Under the pieces are notes generated by a model. The model searched no databases. It saw only the letters and a program-made list of their open reading frames with translations, and was not told the DNA's origin. Made by a program: the position numbers and the translations under genes. Of a DNA stretch of 64,000 nucleotides, positions 9,422-19,042 are shown one piece after another. The stretch comes from a virus. Taxonomy: Duplodnaviria; Caudoviricetes. The DNA lies in the IMG/VR virus record IMGVR_UViG_3300044648_000098, positions 564 through 64,563 of that record, one strand, 5' to 3'. Each line of letters opens with the position of its first letter. Position 1 is the stretch's first letter.

Positions 9422-10176
9422 ACGTTGACCCCCTTCACCACGTACCCGATGAACGAATACTGGGTATTCACGCCGTCCCGCCCGATGATCGGGTCGTAGT
9501 CCCCGATGGCGGTCACGGCCTTGCCTACCACCGCCATGCGGTTCGTGCTGGCGTCGCCGACCTGGAAGAGGATCGGCCAGCCGGCGTCCGCGACGAAGTT
9601 CGGCGCGCTCTCGTAGTGAGTGATGCACGCGATGACGTAGTCGTGGCTGTAGGTCGTCGTCGCGTTGTCCACGATCGGCGCCAGGCTGGACGTGTACTCG
9701 GTGGTTGCCTTGCGCGTGCCTCCGTCGTCCCACAGGCCGGCGTCGTGCACCTGCCCCATGTTCACGGCGATGATCCCGCGGTAGGAGCCGGCCGGCACCC
9801 CGATGGTCAGGGTTGCCGCCGAACCAGCCGCGAGCGTGTGCCACCCCTGGCAGACCATGTACGTCGACCCGGCGGCGCCGATGTTGTGCGCGGTCGTCAG
9901 GTGCGGCGTGTAGGTGTTCACCGAGGTGGTCGTGTCCGCGAAGGACCCGGTCGTGCTGTCCTGCACCGTGGGCACCACCGGCGTGCCGACCCCGTCGTAC
10001 CCCGAGCCCCAAACCAGGATCAGGTCGCCCGCCACCACGCCGGTGAGCGTGGTGGTGGTTCGGGTCGCATCGCTGTTGGATGCGCCGTTCGCCTGGAGTA
10101 CGGACGGGGCCGTGGCCGAGCCGGAGGGCGGCGGGGCAACGTAGACAGACGCCAGGGCGCCAAGGAATCCGCTCAT
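9418..10176 (-). CDS. Virion accessory beta-rich protein
   Basis: Thr/Gly-rich, GVVAGDLILV motif; translationally coupled in the fibre cassette. Confidence 0.55.
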   Translation of the reverse strand: MSGFLGALASVYVAPPPSGSATAPSVLQANGASNSDATRTTTTLTGVVAGDLILVWGSGYDGVGTPVVPTVQDSTTGSFADTTTSVNTYTPHLTTAHNIGAAGSTYMVCQGWHTLAAGSAATLTIGVPAGSYRGIIAVNMGQVHDAGLWDDGGTRKATTEYTSSLAPIVDNATTTYSHDYVIACITHYESAPNFVADAGWPILFQVGDASTNRMAVVGKAVTAIGDYDPIIGRDGVNTQYSFIGYVVKGVNV

Positions 10177-10186
10177 GACGCTACCT

Positions 10187-11935
10187 TCAGGACAGGCCGG
10201 TGCCGTTGATGAGCCATTCCGTCGTCGACACCTTCACCGCCGTGGCGATTCCGTTGGCGGCGAGGGTGCGCGAGCCCGTGGTCCCCGCGCCGGCCAGGCG
10301 CATGGTGTCCGTGGTGATCGCAATGGTGATGACGCCGCCGCCGTTCTGGTTGATGAACGTCAGGGCTGTGCCCACAGGGAACGCCACCGAGGCGTTGGCA
10401 GGGATGGTGAAGACCCGGGCGGTGGTGTCAGCGCTCGGGTGGAGGATGTGCTTGCCGCTGTCGGCCAGGACGCAGGTGTACGCCGCGCTCTGCGAGTTCT
10501 GTGGCATGCCGCGGAAGCCGCAGTCGGTGGCCGCCGCGCCCGTGCCTTGCAGGGTCGTGGCGAAGGACGCCGCGGTGGTCTGGCCCGTGCCGCCGTTGGC
10601 AACCGGCAGGGCCGTGCCAGAGTACGACAGCGCCAGGGTGCCGGAGGCGGTCACCGGCGAGCCGGCCACGGACAGGAAGGCGGGCGCCGTGAGGCCGACG
10701 CTGGTCACCGTGCCGGAGCCACCGCCACCTCCTGCGACCGCGTTCCACACCGCAGCGCCAGCGGCGTTGCTCTCGCACCAGTACAGCGCATTGCCGGTGG
10801 CGTCGCCCCACAGCGAGCCAGGCCCGTAGCCGTCGGCCACGTCGTCGCCCACGCCGGGTGCGGCCGTCGCGGTGAAGTTGTTCAGGAAGGGCCCGTCGCC
10901 GAACACCTCGTAGCCGGTCCCGGTGTAGCGGAAGACCATGTTCAGCCGACCGCTCGCGGCGATCGGGCAGCTGGTCCGCGCGCCTTGGGTCACCTGGCTG
11001 AAGGCGCTCGGGAAGGTCAGGATGTGCGGCGCCGTGTCGGTGTTCGTCACTGCCACCTGGAACCAGGTGTTGGCCGCGGGCGTCGCGCTGAAGGTGAAGG
11101 TCGAATCGGCGGCGATGCTCTTGGTGTTCAGCGCGGCCGTCACGTCGATGGCGAGCGCGGCCATGGCGCTGGCCGTGGTGATGTTCGCGCCGGCGAAGGT
11201 GGACACGCCGGTGAAGCTCGGGCTGGCCGCGTTGGCCTTGGTGGCGACCGCTGCCGCCACGAATGCCGTGGTGGCGATCTGCGTCGTGCTGGTGCCAGCC
11301 GTGGCGGTTGGGGCGGTCGGCGTGCCGGAGAACGAAGGGCTCGCCAGGTCGGCCTTGCCGCCCAGGGCCGAGTTCACCGCCGTGGCGGACGGCGCGACGG
11401 TCGCGCTGGCCGAAAGCGAGTTTTGCACCTTCGCGTCGATGGCGGCCTGCGCCGCGTTCGCGCTCGGCGCCACCGTGGTGCTCGCCGACATGCTGTTCTG
11501 CACCTTCGCGTTGATCGCGCCGCTCAGCGAGGCGATCTGGCTGTCGATGCCGGCCACGGCCGAGGCCTGGGCGGCAGTCATGACGCCAGCCGCCGAACCA
11601 GTCGCCGCTGGCAGGACCGCGTCCGCGCCGCTGCTGCTCGCCACCGTCACCGTGGTGCTCGATGCGGTCACGCTCAGGTCGGTCGAGCCGCTGCCACCGG
11701 CGTCAACGGCGACGTTCCCGGCCCCATCCGGCGCCACGCCGTTCACTGTGCGCACGTACTGCGGGTGCGGGTTCGCTGCGCCGTTGTGAGCCGCCACGGC
11801 CGCCGAGGCCGCCGAGCTCGCCGCGGCGTTCGCCTCGGTGACGGTGGGCACCGACAGATCAGCGCGGATTTGAGCCAGCTCGGTCGGGCTCGCGGCTGCC
11901 GGCGTGCCGCCAGAGGTTTGCAGTTGAATCGTCAT
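10187..11935 (-). CDS. Fibre protein
   Basis: KADLASPSFSGTPTAPTATAGTSTTQIATTAFV fibre repeat, LPVANGGTG motif, C-terminal TIPANASVAFPVGT knob. Confidence 0.85.
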   Translation of the reverse strand: MTIQLQTSGGTPAAASPTELAQIRADLSVPTVTEANAAASSAASAAVAAHNGAANPHPQYVRTVNGVAPDGAGNVAVDAGGSGSTDLSVTASSTTVTVASSSGADAVLPAATGSAAGVMTAAQASAVAGIDSQIASLSGAINAKVQNSMSASTTVAPSANAAQAAIDAKVQNSLSASATVAPSATAVNSALGGKADLASPSFSGTPTAPTATAGTSTTQIATTAFVAAAVATKANAASPSFTGVSTFAGANITTASAMAALAIDVTAALNTKSIAADSTFTFSATPAANTWFQVAVTNTDTAPHILTFPSAFSQVTQGARTSCPIAASGRLNMVFRYTGTGYEVFGDGPFLNNFTATAAPGVGDDVADGYGPGSLWGDATGNALYWCESNAAGAAVWNAVAGGGGGSGTVTSVGLTAPAFLSVAGSPVTASGTLALSYSGTALPVANGGTGQTTAASFATTLQGTGAAATDCGFRGMPQNSQSAAYTCVLADSGKHILHPSADTTARVFTIPANASVAFPVGTALTFINQNGGGVITIAITTDTMRLAGAGTTGSRTLAANGIATAVKVSTTEWLINGTGLS

Positions 11936-12034
11936 GATGTCGGGGCCCGCTCAAGGGGATGCAGGAACGCTCCCGCCCGCCCGGGGTGCCGGGGCGCGGT
12001 GCAGTGGGGTGGGTTGGCGCCTTGGGCGCCGGGT

Positions 12035-12763
12035 TCAGCGGATGCGCTGGTAGGCCGCGGCAGCAGCCGTCGCCATGACCTCGTAGCCGGCGTCGCCCAG
12101 GTGGGTCCAGTCGTCGGCTGAGTTGTGCATGTCGTACATGCCGGAGGCGGAGAACGCCGCCGGGGTCCAGTCGCCCGCCTGGTACATGGCTGCGAACGGC
12201 GGATAGGCCGCGACGTCGCACAGCGCGTCGGCGTAGTCCCGGAAGTCGCGCCGCATCATGTCGTTGCACTGCACGATCGCGGCCATTCGGCTGTCGACCC
12301 AGGACTGGCCCTCCCCTGCCGGCGCGGCGCCTGCGGGGGTGGTCGTCATGGTGATGATGAACAGCCGGGCGCCAGCCGCCTCGGCCGCAGCGCGTCGCGC
12401 GGCGCAGTAGTTGCGCCAGGCGGTGATCGCTGCCGTGGCGTTGAACCCGTTGCCCTTGAGCTCGTTGATGAACTCGTGGATGACCAGGACGTTCAGCTTG
12501 GCCGGGTCGAACAGCGGATCCACTGAGGTCGGCGCCGTCACCGTCATGGTGCTGGCGCCGCTGTTGGTGACGATCCCCATGCCGGGGACCGAGCGGTTCG
12601 TGGTCGTGATGCCAAGCCCGGCCAGCGGCGCTTTCGTGTTCGCCACCGCCGGCCACCACTTGGAAGGCGCCGAAGCACCCACGCCAGCCCCGACGCTGTT
12701 GGCGTGGACGATGATCTGCACGTCAGCCGCCGCCAGCTTGAATCGAGGGTAGCGCGGGATCAT
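12035..12763 (-). CDS. SGNH/GDSL-family esterase
   Basis: Block I VHANSVGAG, block III HEFINE, block V DWTHLGDAGY (DxxH). Confidence 0.75.
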   Translation of the reverse strand: MIPRYPRFKLAAADVQIIVHANSVGAGVGASAPSKWWPAVANTKAPLAGLGITTTNRSVPGMGIVTNSGASTMTVTAPTSVDPLFDPAKLNVLVIHEFINELKGNGFNATAAITAWRNYCAARRAAAEAAGARLFIITMTTTPAGAAPAGEGQSWVDSRMAAIVQCNDMMRRDFRDYADALCDVAAYPPFAAMYQAGDWTPAAFSASGMYDMHNSADDWTHLGDAGYEVMATAAAAAYQRIR

Positions 12764-14487
12764 GCGAGCCCCATGTGGCGCGGTTGGCAGATGCGCCGCG
12801 CCGTCGTCGAGAACACCGTGAACCAATGCGCCGACAGCGCCCCGGTGGACGAAGCGGCGAACGTGTGCCGAAGCGTGTAGGTCGCCCAGTCGTCCGTCGT
12901 GGTCTCGAGGTAGACCGCCGTGCCCTCCCGGCGAATGCGCACCCGGGTCGACGGACTCGGGCTCAGCGTCGTCAGCGTGGCACTGAAGGTGGCCGAGTTG
13001 CTGGCGTGGGTCACCGTGCCGCCGCTGCCGACCTGGGTGCAGAAGTCCATCTGCGAGAACGGCGTGCCCGTCGCCCCGCCAGAGTTGAACCCCATCATCG
13101 TGCTGGTCGACGTGGCCGCTGGGAACTGGCACTCAATCCAGCCGTCGCCGGCCAGGGTCGTCCCCGCCCATCCGCGCGCCGGGTACTGCCCCGTGCCGTC
13201 GGTCGTCGCCTCGTAGATCTCATTGCCGAGCGAGGCCAGGAAGTCGGTGCCGGCGAAGGTCACCGCGTTCGCCGTCACCGCGCCGCCGCTCGATGACGTC
13301 GTGATGTTGAGGACCGAGGCATAGGTGCCGGTCCCGGTCGCGTTGACAGCGGCCACCCGGAAGTCGTAGGCCGTCGCCTCCGCGAGCCCCGTCACCGTTG
13401 CTGCCGTCGACGTGCTCGTGCCATCGGCGAAGGTCGTCGGGCTGGCGAAGGACGTGCCGGCCGCGGCGTACTGGATGACGTAGTCGGTGATCGAGCCGCC
13501 GCCGGCCACCGGAGCAGACCAGGACAACGGCACGGAGGTGGCAGAAGGCGTTCCGGCCGCCAGGCTCACCACGTTGCCCGGCAGGGCCAGCGTGGCGGAG
13601 GTGGACTGGTTCAGGAGCGTGGCCGCCGTGCCGGTTCCGGTCGTGTTCGTCGCCGTGATCTGGTAGTCGTAGGCCGTGCTCGAGGTCAAGCCCGTGACCG
13701 TGGTGGTCAGGCCAGTGAGCCCGGTCAGCTGCGGCGACGGGAACGAGCCGGAGCCGTTCACTCGGTACGCGATGCTGTAGGTGTAGACCGCGGGCGAGCC
13801 CGTCGTCGGCGCGGTCCAGTTCAGGGTCTGGGTCGTGGTGCCCACGGCGCCGGCGGTGAAGGACGCAGGCGCGCCAGGCAGGACCGGGGTCACCGGAGCG
13901 GCGGCCACGATGGCCTGCGACCACTGGAAGCGCGCACCGTCGCCGTCGTGCCACGCGTCGAAGCGGTTGCGCACGCCGGCGGTGTTCTTGTAGCCGAAGC
14001 TGGTGGCCCACTCGTCCGCACCGATCACCGTCGGCACGTTCGAGCCGTTGGCGATGAGCGTGATGGTGGCAGCGGCCCCGAGCGTGGAGCCGCTGACGGT
14101 CAGCGTCGTGGCGCCAGACACCGTGAGCGGCTGGTACTGCCGCAGTGTCGAGTCCAGCACCAGGCTGGTCCCGGCCGGAGACGTGGCCGGGACCCCGCCG
14201 GAGCCTCCGCCAGCGGGGGCGAGCGCGGCGATGGCCGCAGCGACCTTGGCCGGCGTCATCAGCTTCGTGTCGTCGGTGCCGGCGGCAGCCTCCTGCGTGG
14301 AGGCAACGGCAGGCACCACGGCAGCGGCGAGGTTCGGCACCTGCGCCAGCACGGCGGCGGCCGACGCGTCCACCACGGCGGACACTTCGGCGGCCGTCGG
14401 CACGCCGAGGTCAGCGCGCACGGTCGCCAGTTGCTGCGTCGACGCGGGGGCGGTCGTGCCGTCAGGAAGTTGGACGTTGAGGGTCAT
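12760..14487 (-). CDS. Fibre/adhesin with two fibronectin type III domains
   Basis: LNWTAP..TVTGLTSSTAYDYQITATN and LSWSAP..TVTGLAEATAYDFRVAAVN; AST.EA.AGTDDTKLMTPAK fibre motif. Confidence 0.8.
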   Translation of the reverse strand: MTLNVQLPDGTTAPASTQQLATVRADLGVPTAAEVSAVVDASAAAVLAQVPNLAAAVVPAVASTQEAAAGTDDTKLMTPAKVAAAIAALAPAGGGSGGVPATSPAGTSLVLDSTLRQYQPLTVSGATTLTVSGSTLGAAATITLIANGSNVPTVIGADEWATSFGYKNTAGVRNRFDAWHDGDGARFQWSQAIVAAAPVTPVLPGAPASFTAGAVGTTTQTLNWTAPTTGSPAVYTYSIAYRVNGSGSFPSPQLTGLTGLTTTVTGLTSSTAYDYQITATNTTGTGTAATLLNQSTSATLALPGNVVSLAAGTPSATSVPLSWSAPVAGGGSITDYVIQYAAAGTSFASPTTFADGTSTSTAATVTGLAEATAYDFRVAAVNATGTGTYASVLNITTSSSGGAVTANAVTFAGTDFLASLGNEIYEATTDGTGQYPARGWAGTTLAGDGWIECQFPAATSTSTMMGFNSGGATGTPFSQMDFCTQVGSGGTVTHASNSATFSATLTTLSPSPSTRVRIRREGTAVYLETTTDDWATYTLRHTFAASSTGALSAHWFTVFSTTARRICQPRHMGLA

Positions 14488-14942
14488 GCGAGCACCACGT
14501 GCTGGTTGTTGAAGAGGAATGCGCGGGTGTTGAACAGCACCGAGCTCGTGGGGAAGGTGGTCGGCTCCGGCTCCTCGACGACCAGGTAGCTGGCGTCGAG
14601 CAGGAGCGCGTCCGGGCCCAGCAGCAGGCCGCCGGGCGGGAAGTTCGGGAGCGTCGGCTCGATCGTCTCGATGTCGTCCAGCGCCGGGCCGAACACCTCG
14701 ATGCGGACCCGCTGCTCTTTCTGAAGCCCGCCGGTGCGGATCGCACGCGCGCCGAGCTCGAAGTGCCAGTCAGGCTCACCGCCACCCACCCACAGCGTGA
14801 GGACGCCCGCAAGCAGGGTCGCCTTCACGAGCGTCAGGCCGGATTGCGAGGCGCTGATGGCGACCTGGTTGATGGTCCCGAAGGTGGAGAAGTCGAAGCG
14901 GTGCTCGACGATCTCCGCGGGGGATTTGGTGATGGTGTCCAT
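14484..14942 (-). CDS. Putative fibre adaptor protein
   Basis: TKSPAEIVEHRFDFS resembles the KDP.E..DY.FDW N-terminus of phage fibre adaptors. Confidence 0.5.
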   Translation of the reverse strand: MDTITKSPAEIVEHRFDFSTFGTINQVAISASQSGLTLVKATLLAGVLTLWVGGGEPDWHFELGARAIRTGGLQKEQRVRIEVFGPALDDIETIEPTLPNFPPGGLLLGPDALLLDASYLVVEEPEPTTFPTSSVLFNTRAFLFNNQHVVLA

Positions 14943-14955
14943 GCGCTTGCCGCCC

Positions 14956-15150
14956 TCAGCCCGCCAGGGTCCAACCCAGGCGGAAGTGGTCGTGCACGCA
15001 GCTCGGGTGCACGTCGAGCGTCTCGCCGTCCTTGGTCATGCTGACCAGGGCGGGCGCGTCGGCGTGGGCCTCGGGCGTGGAGTCGGAAGCGGTAGAGGCG
15101 GCCATGGCGGCAGCCTTCGCGGCGCGTTGTTCTTTGGTGAGTCCGGCCAT
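14956..15150 (-). CDS. Small post-capsid protein
   Basis: GGAGG RBS; DVHP..V..H..LGW motif; directly after MCP. Confidence 0.65.
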   Translation of the reverse strand: MAGLTKEQRAAKAAAMAASTASDSTPEAHADAPALVSMTKDGETLDVHPSCVHDHFRLGWTLAG

Positions 15151-15206
15151 GTGACCTCCAGGAGAAAGCCGGAGCCCGAAGGCCCCGGCTATTCAGTGCT
15201 CGACGA

Positions 15207-16337
15207 TCAGCCGAGGACGAGGGCGACGTGCTCTTCCTGCACGACCTTGAAGCCCCAGGCGAGGTGCAGTTCCCAGGTGACCTGACCGTACTGCGCGATC
15301 TGGATCAGCAGGTAGGTCATGCCCGTGCTGTCGCTGATGAGCTCGCGGGTGATGGTCGGGTTTTCCGGGAACAGCGGGGGACGCATGATCCCGACGACAG
15401 CCGAGCGCTCGAACGCGAGGTTCGGCGTGTAGCTGTTGCCCACGGTCAGCGCGTTGGCGGTCGGGATGACCATGCGCGCGCCCGGGCGGTTCAGGACGAT
15501 GGTGCCGGGGGCAGCCACGCCAGTGCCGACCACGTACTTGTTGGCCGAGTCGGCCGCGAAGGTCACGACGTCGCCCGACAGCACGGTGCCGGTGCCAGTC
15601 ACGAGCGCCACATTGCGGCCACCGGCGGCGGTCGAGCCCGAGGTCACGTAGCTGGCGCCCGTGCCCTTGACGTGCTGGACGATGCCGGCGCTCTCCGTGA
15701 TGGAGAAGCCGAACTGGCGCATCAGGTTGCCGCTGCGGCGCTCTTCATCGCTGCCGGCCTGGTAGGCCTGCTGGATGATGCCGAGCTTGCGGGCGGCCAG
15801 GCCTGCCGACGTGTCGATGCAGAACTGGAGGTCGGACGCCGGAGCGCCGTTGTCCACCAGCACCTTGCGGGCCTCGGCGATGATGTCGATGTTGCTGGCG
15901 AACGGGTTCGTGCCGGCGGTGCCGACAGCGCGCGAGGCGCCCTGCTTGATCGCGGCGCAGGCGTCGGCCTCGGCCAGGTTGCGGAGGGTCCGCATGCCTT
16001 GCTGGACCAGCTGGCGGGTCCACTCGGCCGCATCGGCGCCGTTCTCGAGCGAGCGGATCTGCTCGCCGGTCAGGTGCCAGTCGACCTTCTTCGACGCGGT
16101 GATCTGCACGCTCACGCCGTCGGCGTTGGCATCCGAACCGGTCGCGGCCACGTTGCCGGGGGTGAAGTCCGACGCGGCGCGCACCGGGGCCACCGGCACC
16201 TTGACGGTGTCGCCCTTGGCGACGCCCTTGTCATCGAAGCTGGTGTTGATGGCGCGGATGACGCCGAAGGGCTCGTTGGAGACTTCCTGCGCGGCGCTGA
16301 ACAGCGTCGGCAGCAGCGGGGTGAAGACGTTTGCCAT
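15207..16337 (-). CDS. Major capsid protein (P22-coat-like, HK97 fold)
   Basis: 376 aa after scaffold; C-terminal ELHLAWGFKVV...VALVLG. Confidence 0.9.
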   Translation of the reverse strand: MANVFTPLLPTLFSAAQEVSNEPFGVIRAINTSFDDKGVAKGDTVKVPVAPVRAASDFTPGNVAATGSDANADGVSVQITASKKVDWHLTGEQIRSLENGADAAEWTRQLVQQGMRTLRNLAEADACAAIKQGASRAVGTAGTNPFASNIDIIAEARKVLVDNGAPASDLQFCIDTSAGLAARKLGIIQQAYQAGSDEERRSGNLMRQFGFSITESAGIVQHVKGTGASYVTSGSTAAGGRNVALVTGTGTVLSGDVVTFAADSANKYVVGTGVAAPGTIVLNRPGARMVIPTANALTVGNSYTPNLAFERSAVVGIMRPPLFPENPTITRELISDSTGMTYLLIQIAQYGQVTWELHLAWGFKVVQEEHVALVLG

Positions 16338-16356
16338 GATTGGGCTTTCTGAAATG

Positions 16357-16379
16357 AAAAAGCCCGCTCAAGGCGGGCT
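16357..16379 (-). terminator. Intrinsic terminator-like hairpin
   Basis: AGCCCGC-cttga-GCGGGCT then TTTTCATTTC. Confidence 0.6.
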
Positions 16380-16404
16380 CTGGGGTGGGGGAAAAGGGAA
16401 GGGA

Positions 16405-17184
16405 TCAGTCGACGACCTGAACCTTCTTCGCCATGGCGGCGGCGCGGTCGGCCGGCTTCATGGCGGAGAACTGTTCGCGGGTCATGGAGTTGCCACCAGC
16501 GGCACCGCCGCCGTTCGCCCCGCCGCCGGACGCACCAGAGCCCTTGAGGATGTGTTCCTTGTGGGGGTACTGGGACACCAGGACGTCGAGCGCCTCGTCG
16601 AAGTCGGCAAGCTCGCCGGCACGGGAGGGGCTGTAGATCTTGTTGCCGGACGAGTCGTAGGCCACGATGCGGCCTTCCTCGACCTTGAACGCCGATCCGA
16701 ACTTCGCTTGCACGAGGTCCGCGGGCACGGCGAAACGCTCCTGGATGAGCTTGGACCGGGTGAAGCTGCCGCCGATCTTCTCGGTGAAAAGCTCGTTCTT
16801 CAGCTTGTCGCGCTCACCGGTCAGCTCTTGCAGCTGGGTGGTGTGCGCACGGCTGGCGGCCTGCAGCTTGTCTTCATAGGCTTGCACCGCGGCGGCGCGC
16901 ACCTCTTCGACCTTGCCGGCGTCGACCAGCTTCTTGTCGTCGATGTTCTTGACCGTCTGCAGCGCCTTGCGGGCCACTTCCGGATCCAGATCCTCGAACG
17001 ACTTCAGCTTCGTCTCGGCTTCCTCGAACTTGCGGCGGAACGTGGTGTTTTCGCCGGTCAGTTGACCGATCTTCTCGAAGGCTTTCGCCCCGTCGAATTC
17101 GATCTCGCGGCCGTCGTCCTTCACGTACACCGGGGCGCCATTGCGCACGACCACGGCGCCTTTGTCATCAAACAGGAGTTTCAT
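16405..17184 (-). CDS. Capsid scaffolding protein (DUF6651-like)
   Basis: PVYVKDDGREIEFD, KKLVDAGKVE, ELADFDEAL motifs. Confidence 0.85.
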   Translation of the reverse strand: MKLLFDDKGAVVVRNGAPVYVKDDGREIEFDGAKAFEKIGQLTGENTTFRRKFEEAETKLKSFEDLDPEVARKALQTVKNIDDKKLVDAGKVEEVRAAAVQAYEDKLQAASRAHTTQLQELTGERDKLKNELFTEKIGGSFTRSKLIQERFAVPADLVQAKFGSAFKVEEGRIVAYDSSGNKIYSPSRAGELADFDEALDVLVSQYPHKEHILKGSGASGGGANGGGAAGGNSMTREQFSAMKPADRAAAMAKKVQVVD

Positions 17185-17269
17185 AGCTGGTTGCGAGCTT
17201 TCTGCTCAAGAGGTTGTGGGCTTCCTGCCCAGATCCCTGCGCGCGGCTTGCTGCTTGTGCGTCAGGAAC

Positions 17270-17333
17270 GAAAAAGCCGCCCGTGTTGCCAGGGGCGGCT
17301 CGGAAACGAAAAAGCCGCCTCAGTGGGCGGCTT
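17270..17333 (-). terminator. Two tandem terminator-like hairpins
   Basis: AAGCCGCC..GGCGGCTTTTTCG and AGCCGCCC..GGGCGGCTTTTTCG on the minus strand. Confidence 0.65.
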
Positions 17334-17350
17334 CTGTGTGTTGGTGGGGC

Positions 17351-17671
17351 TTACCCAGCGTCGCTCTGATCGAGCTCTCCAGGGTCCGGCACATCGATGT
17401 GGCGGGCTGGGAGCTCGCTCACGACGACCTTGCCGCGACCCTCGTAGAAGAAGCGAGGCACTTCGTTTACGGGCGAAAACGACGCGACCTGCTTCAACAC
17501 TGGCACATCGATCGGATCGAGAGCTTCGACCTGCAGCGCGCCGTCGATCAAGCTAACGTTTTGCACCCTGAAGCGCGGCGCGTCCGGGTCGCTGTTGTCA
17601 GAAACCCAGTAGTCGCACACGGCGAGCCCGCTGCTGAACTGGGTCCGCTGTACCTCAAGGAGAACACTCAC
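17351..17671 (-). CDS. Hypothetical protein
   Basis: GTG start overlapping the upstream stop; normal coding composition. Confidence 0.55.
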   Translation of the reverse strand: MSVLLEVQRTQFSSGLAVCDYWVSDNSDPDAPRFRVQNVSLIDGALQVEALDPIDVPVLKQVASFSPVNEVPRFFYEGRGKVVVSELPARHIDVPDPGELDQSDAG

Positions 17672-17904
17672 AGCACCACCACCCTTTCGCCCCGCAGGAG
17701 GCAGTTCACGCACAGCCATGCCCTCGAGCCGCCGGTGGCGCGCCCGTTCTTGAACAGCACGCCCTGCCGGGCCTCGATGAGCTCGCGGCTGCCGCAGCGG
17801 CACTGGAGCATGCTGGCCGGCTTCGGCGCCTCGCGCACCCGCTGCCGCACCGCCTCCTTGGCGGAGGGTGCAGCCTTGGGAACGAGCTTCAGGGGCGGAG
17901 CCAT
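17668..17904 (-). CDS. Small zinc-ribbon protein
   Basis: CRCG...CVNC. Confidence 0.65.
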   Translation of the reverse strand: MAPPLKLVPKAAPSAKEAVRQRVREAPKPASMLQCRCGSRELIEARQGVLFKNGRATGGSRAWLCVNCLLRGERVVVL

Positions 17905-17929
17905 CCGGCGATCATACAAATCCGGGCGT

Positions 17930-19042
17930 TCAGGCGGCCACCGCCTCGCGCCGCCGGGCGTCTTGGGCGCGCATCTCGTCGAGGGTGAGGAGCGAGCCCT
18001 TGTCGTTGAAGAAGCGATCGAACGGCTTGCCGGCCCGGAACTCCTTGGCCCGGGTGGGCCCCAGCACCTCGTTCTGGCGCGCGGCCGACTGCTTCTTCAG
18101 CCACTCGGGGAAGTTCACGTCGGCGGGCACCTGGCCGTCCATGCTTGAGCGCGTGCCCGGGTCCAGGTCGTCCATCGGGATGCCAAGCTCGCGGAGCGAC
18201 TTCAGCACCAGGTTCGACGTCGACCGACAGCCCCAGTGCGCCATGCCCGGGCCGCCCAGCCATGCGTTCTTGTGCCCGATCGGGCGATGCGTGTCGGCGG
18301 TGTACTGCTTGCCGTCTCGAATCTGGCAGGTGGGGCTCGTGCGGCCATCCAGCGTGCTGCACCAGGTGATCGCCTTCACCATGTCCAGGTTGGCGTCCAC
18401 CAGGGCCTGCCGCGTCGTGGCGGCCGTGTGGCTCACCGCGGTGCGGACGACGGCTTCGGCGTTGCGTCGGTCAATCTGGATCAGGCCGTCCTCGTAGCCC
18501 TTGGCGCGCGTGCCGCGGATGCGCTGCACGATCTGCGCGGTGGTCTGGTTCTCGGTGTAGCCAATGCGGATGGCGTCGCGGATGCGGACCATGCGGTCGG
18601 CTTCCATGCTCTGGGCCCACTCGCTCAGCAGCCGCCCCTGGAAGGGCCGGCTCATGGCCGCGGCGTAGACCTGGGTCACGCTGATGGCGTTCAACGGCAC
18701 CACGGCGACCACCTGCGGCGGGATCGTGCTGCGGAACAGGTCCAGCTGGAAGCCCGCCTCGTACTCGGTGAACTCGCGCAGCACCGTCGTGAGCTCGCGC
18801 TCGACCGACTGGTACGCCTGCACGTTCAAGGCACGCACGGACGCCAGCAGCTGGTCCAGGCGCTGAACCGTGAAGGACTCAGCCGGCAGCCGCTCGAGCG
18901 CGGCATTGAGCTGCGCGAACAGGTCCGGGTCCGTCCGGTTCAGGAGCGCCATGATGCGCCGCACCACCCCGTTGCTGTACTTCTGCAAGTCCAGCTGGTG
19001 GCCGATCTGGCCGTCGAGGAGGCGTTCGTTGACCGTTGGCAT
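17930..19042 (-). CDS. Minor head morphogenesis protein (SPP1 gp7 / Mu F family)
   Basis: STLDGRTSPTCQIRDG and HWGCRS motifs. Confidence 0.9.
   Translation of the reverse strand: MPTVNERLLDGQIGHQLDLQKYSNGVVRRIMALLNRTDPDLFAQLNAALERLPAESFTVQRLDQLLASVRALNVQAYQSVERELTTVLREFTEYEAGFQLDLFRSTIPPQVVAVVPLNAISVTQVYAAAMSRPFQGRLLSEWAQSMEADRMVRIRDAIRIGYTENQTTAQIVQRIRGTRAKGYEDGLIQIDRRNAEAVVRTAVSHTAATTRQALVDANLDMVKAITWCSTLDGRTSPTCQIRDGKQYTADTHRPIGHKNAWLGGPGMAHWGCRSTSNLVLKSLRELGIPMDDLDPGTRSSMDGQVPADVNFPEWLKKQSAARQNEVLGPTRAKEFRAGKPFDRFFNDKGSLLTLDEMRAQDARRREAVAA

Noticed and set aside
11370-11520. Tandem ~75-nt repeat (AKVQNS.SAS.TVAPSA x2)
   Set aside because: Ordinary fibre shaft repeat
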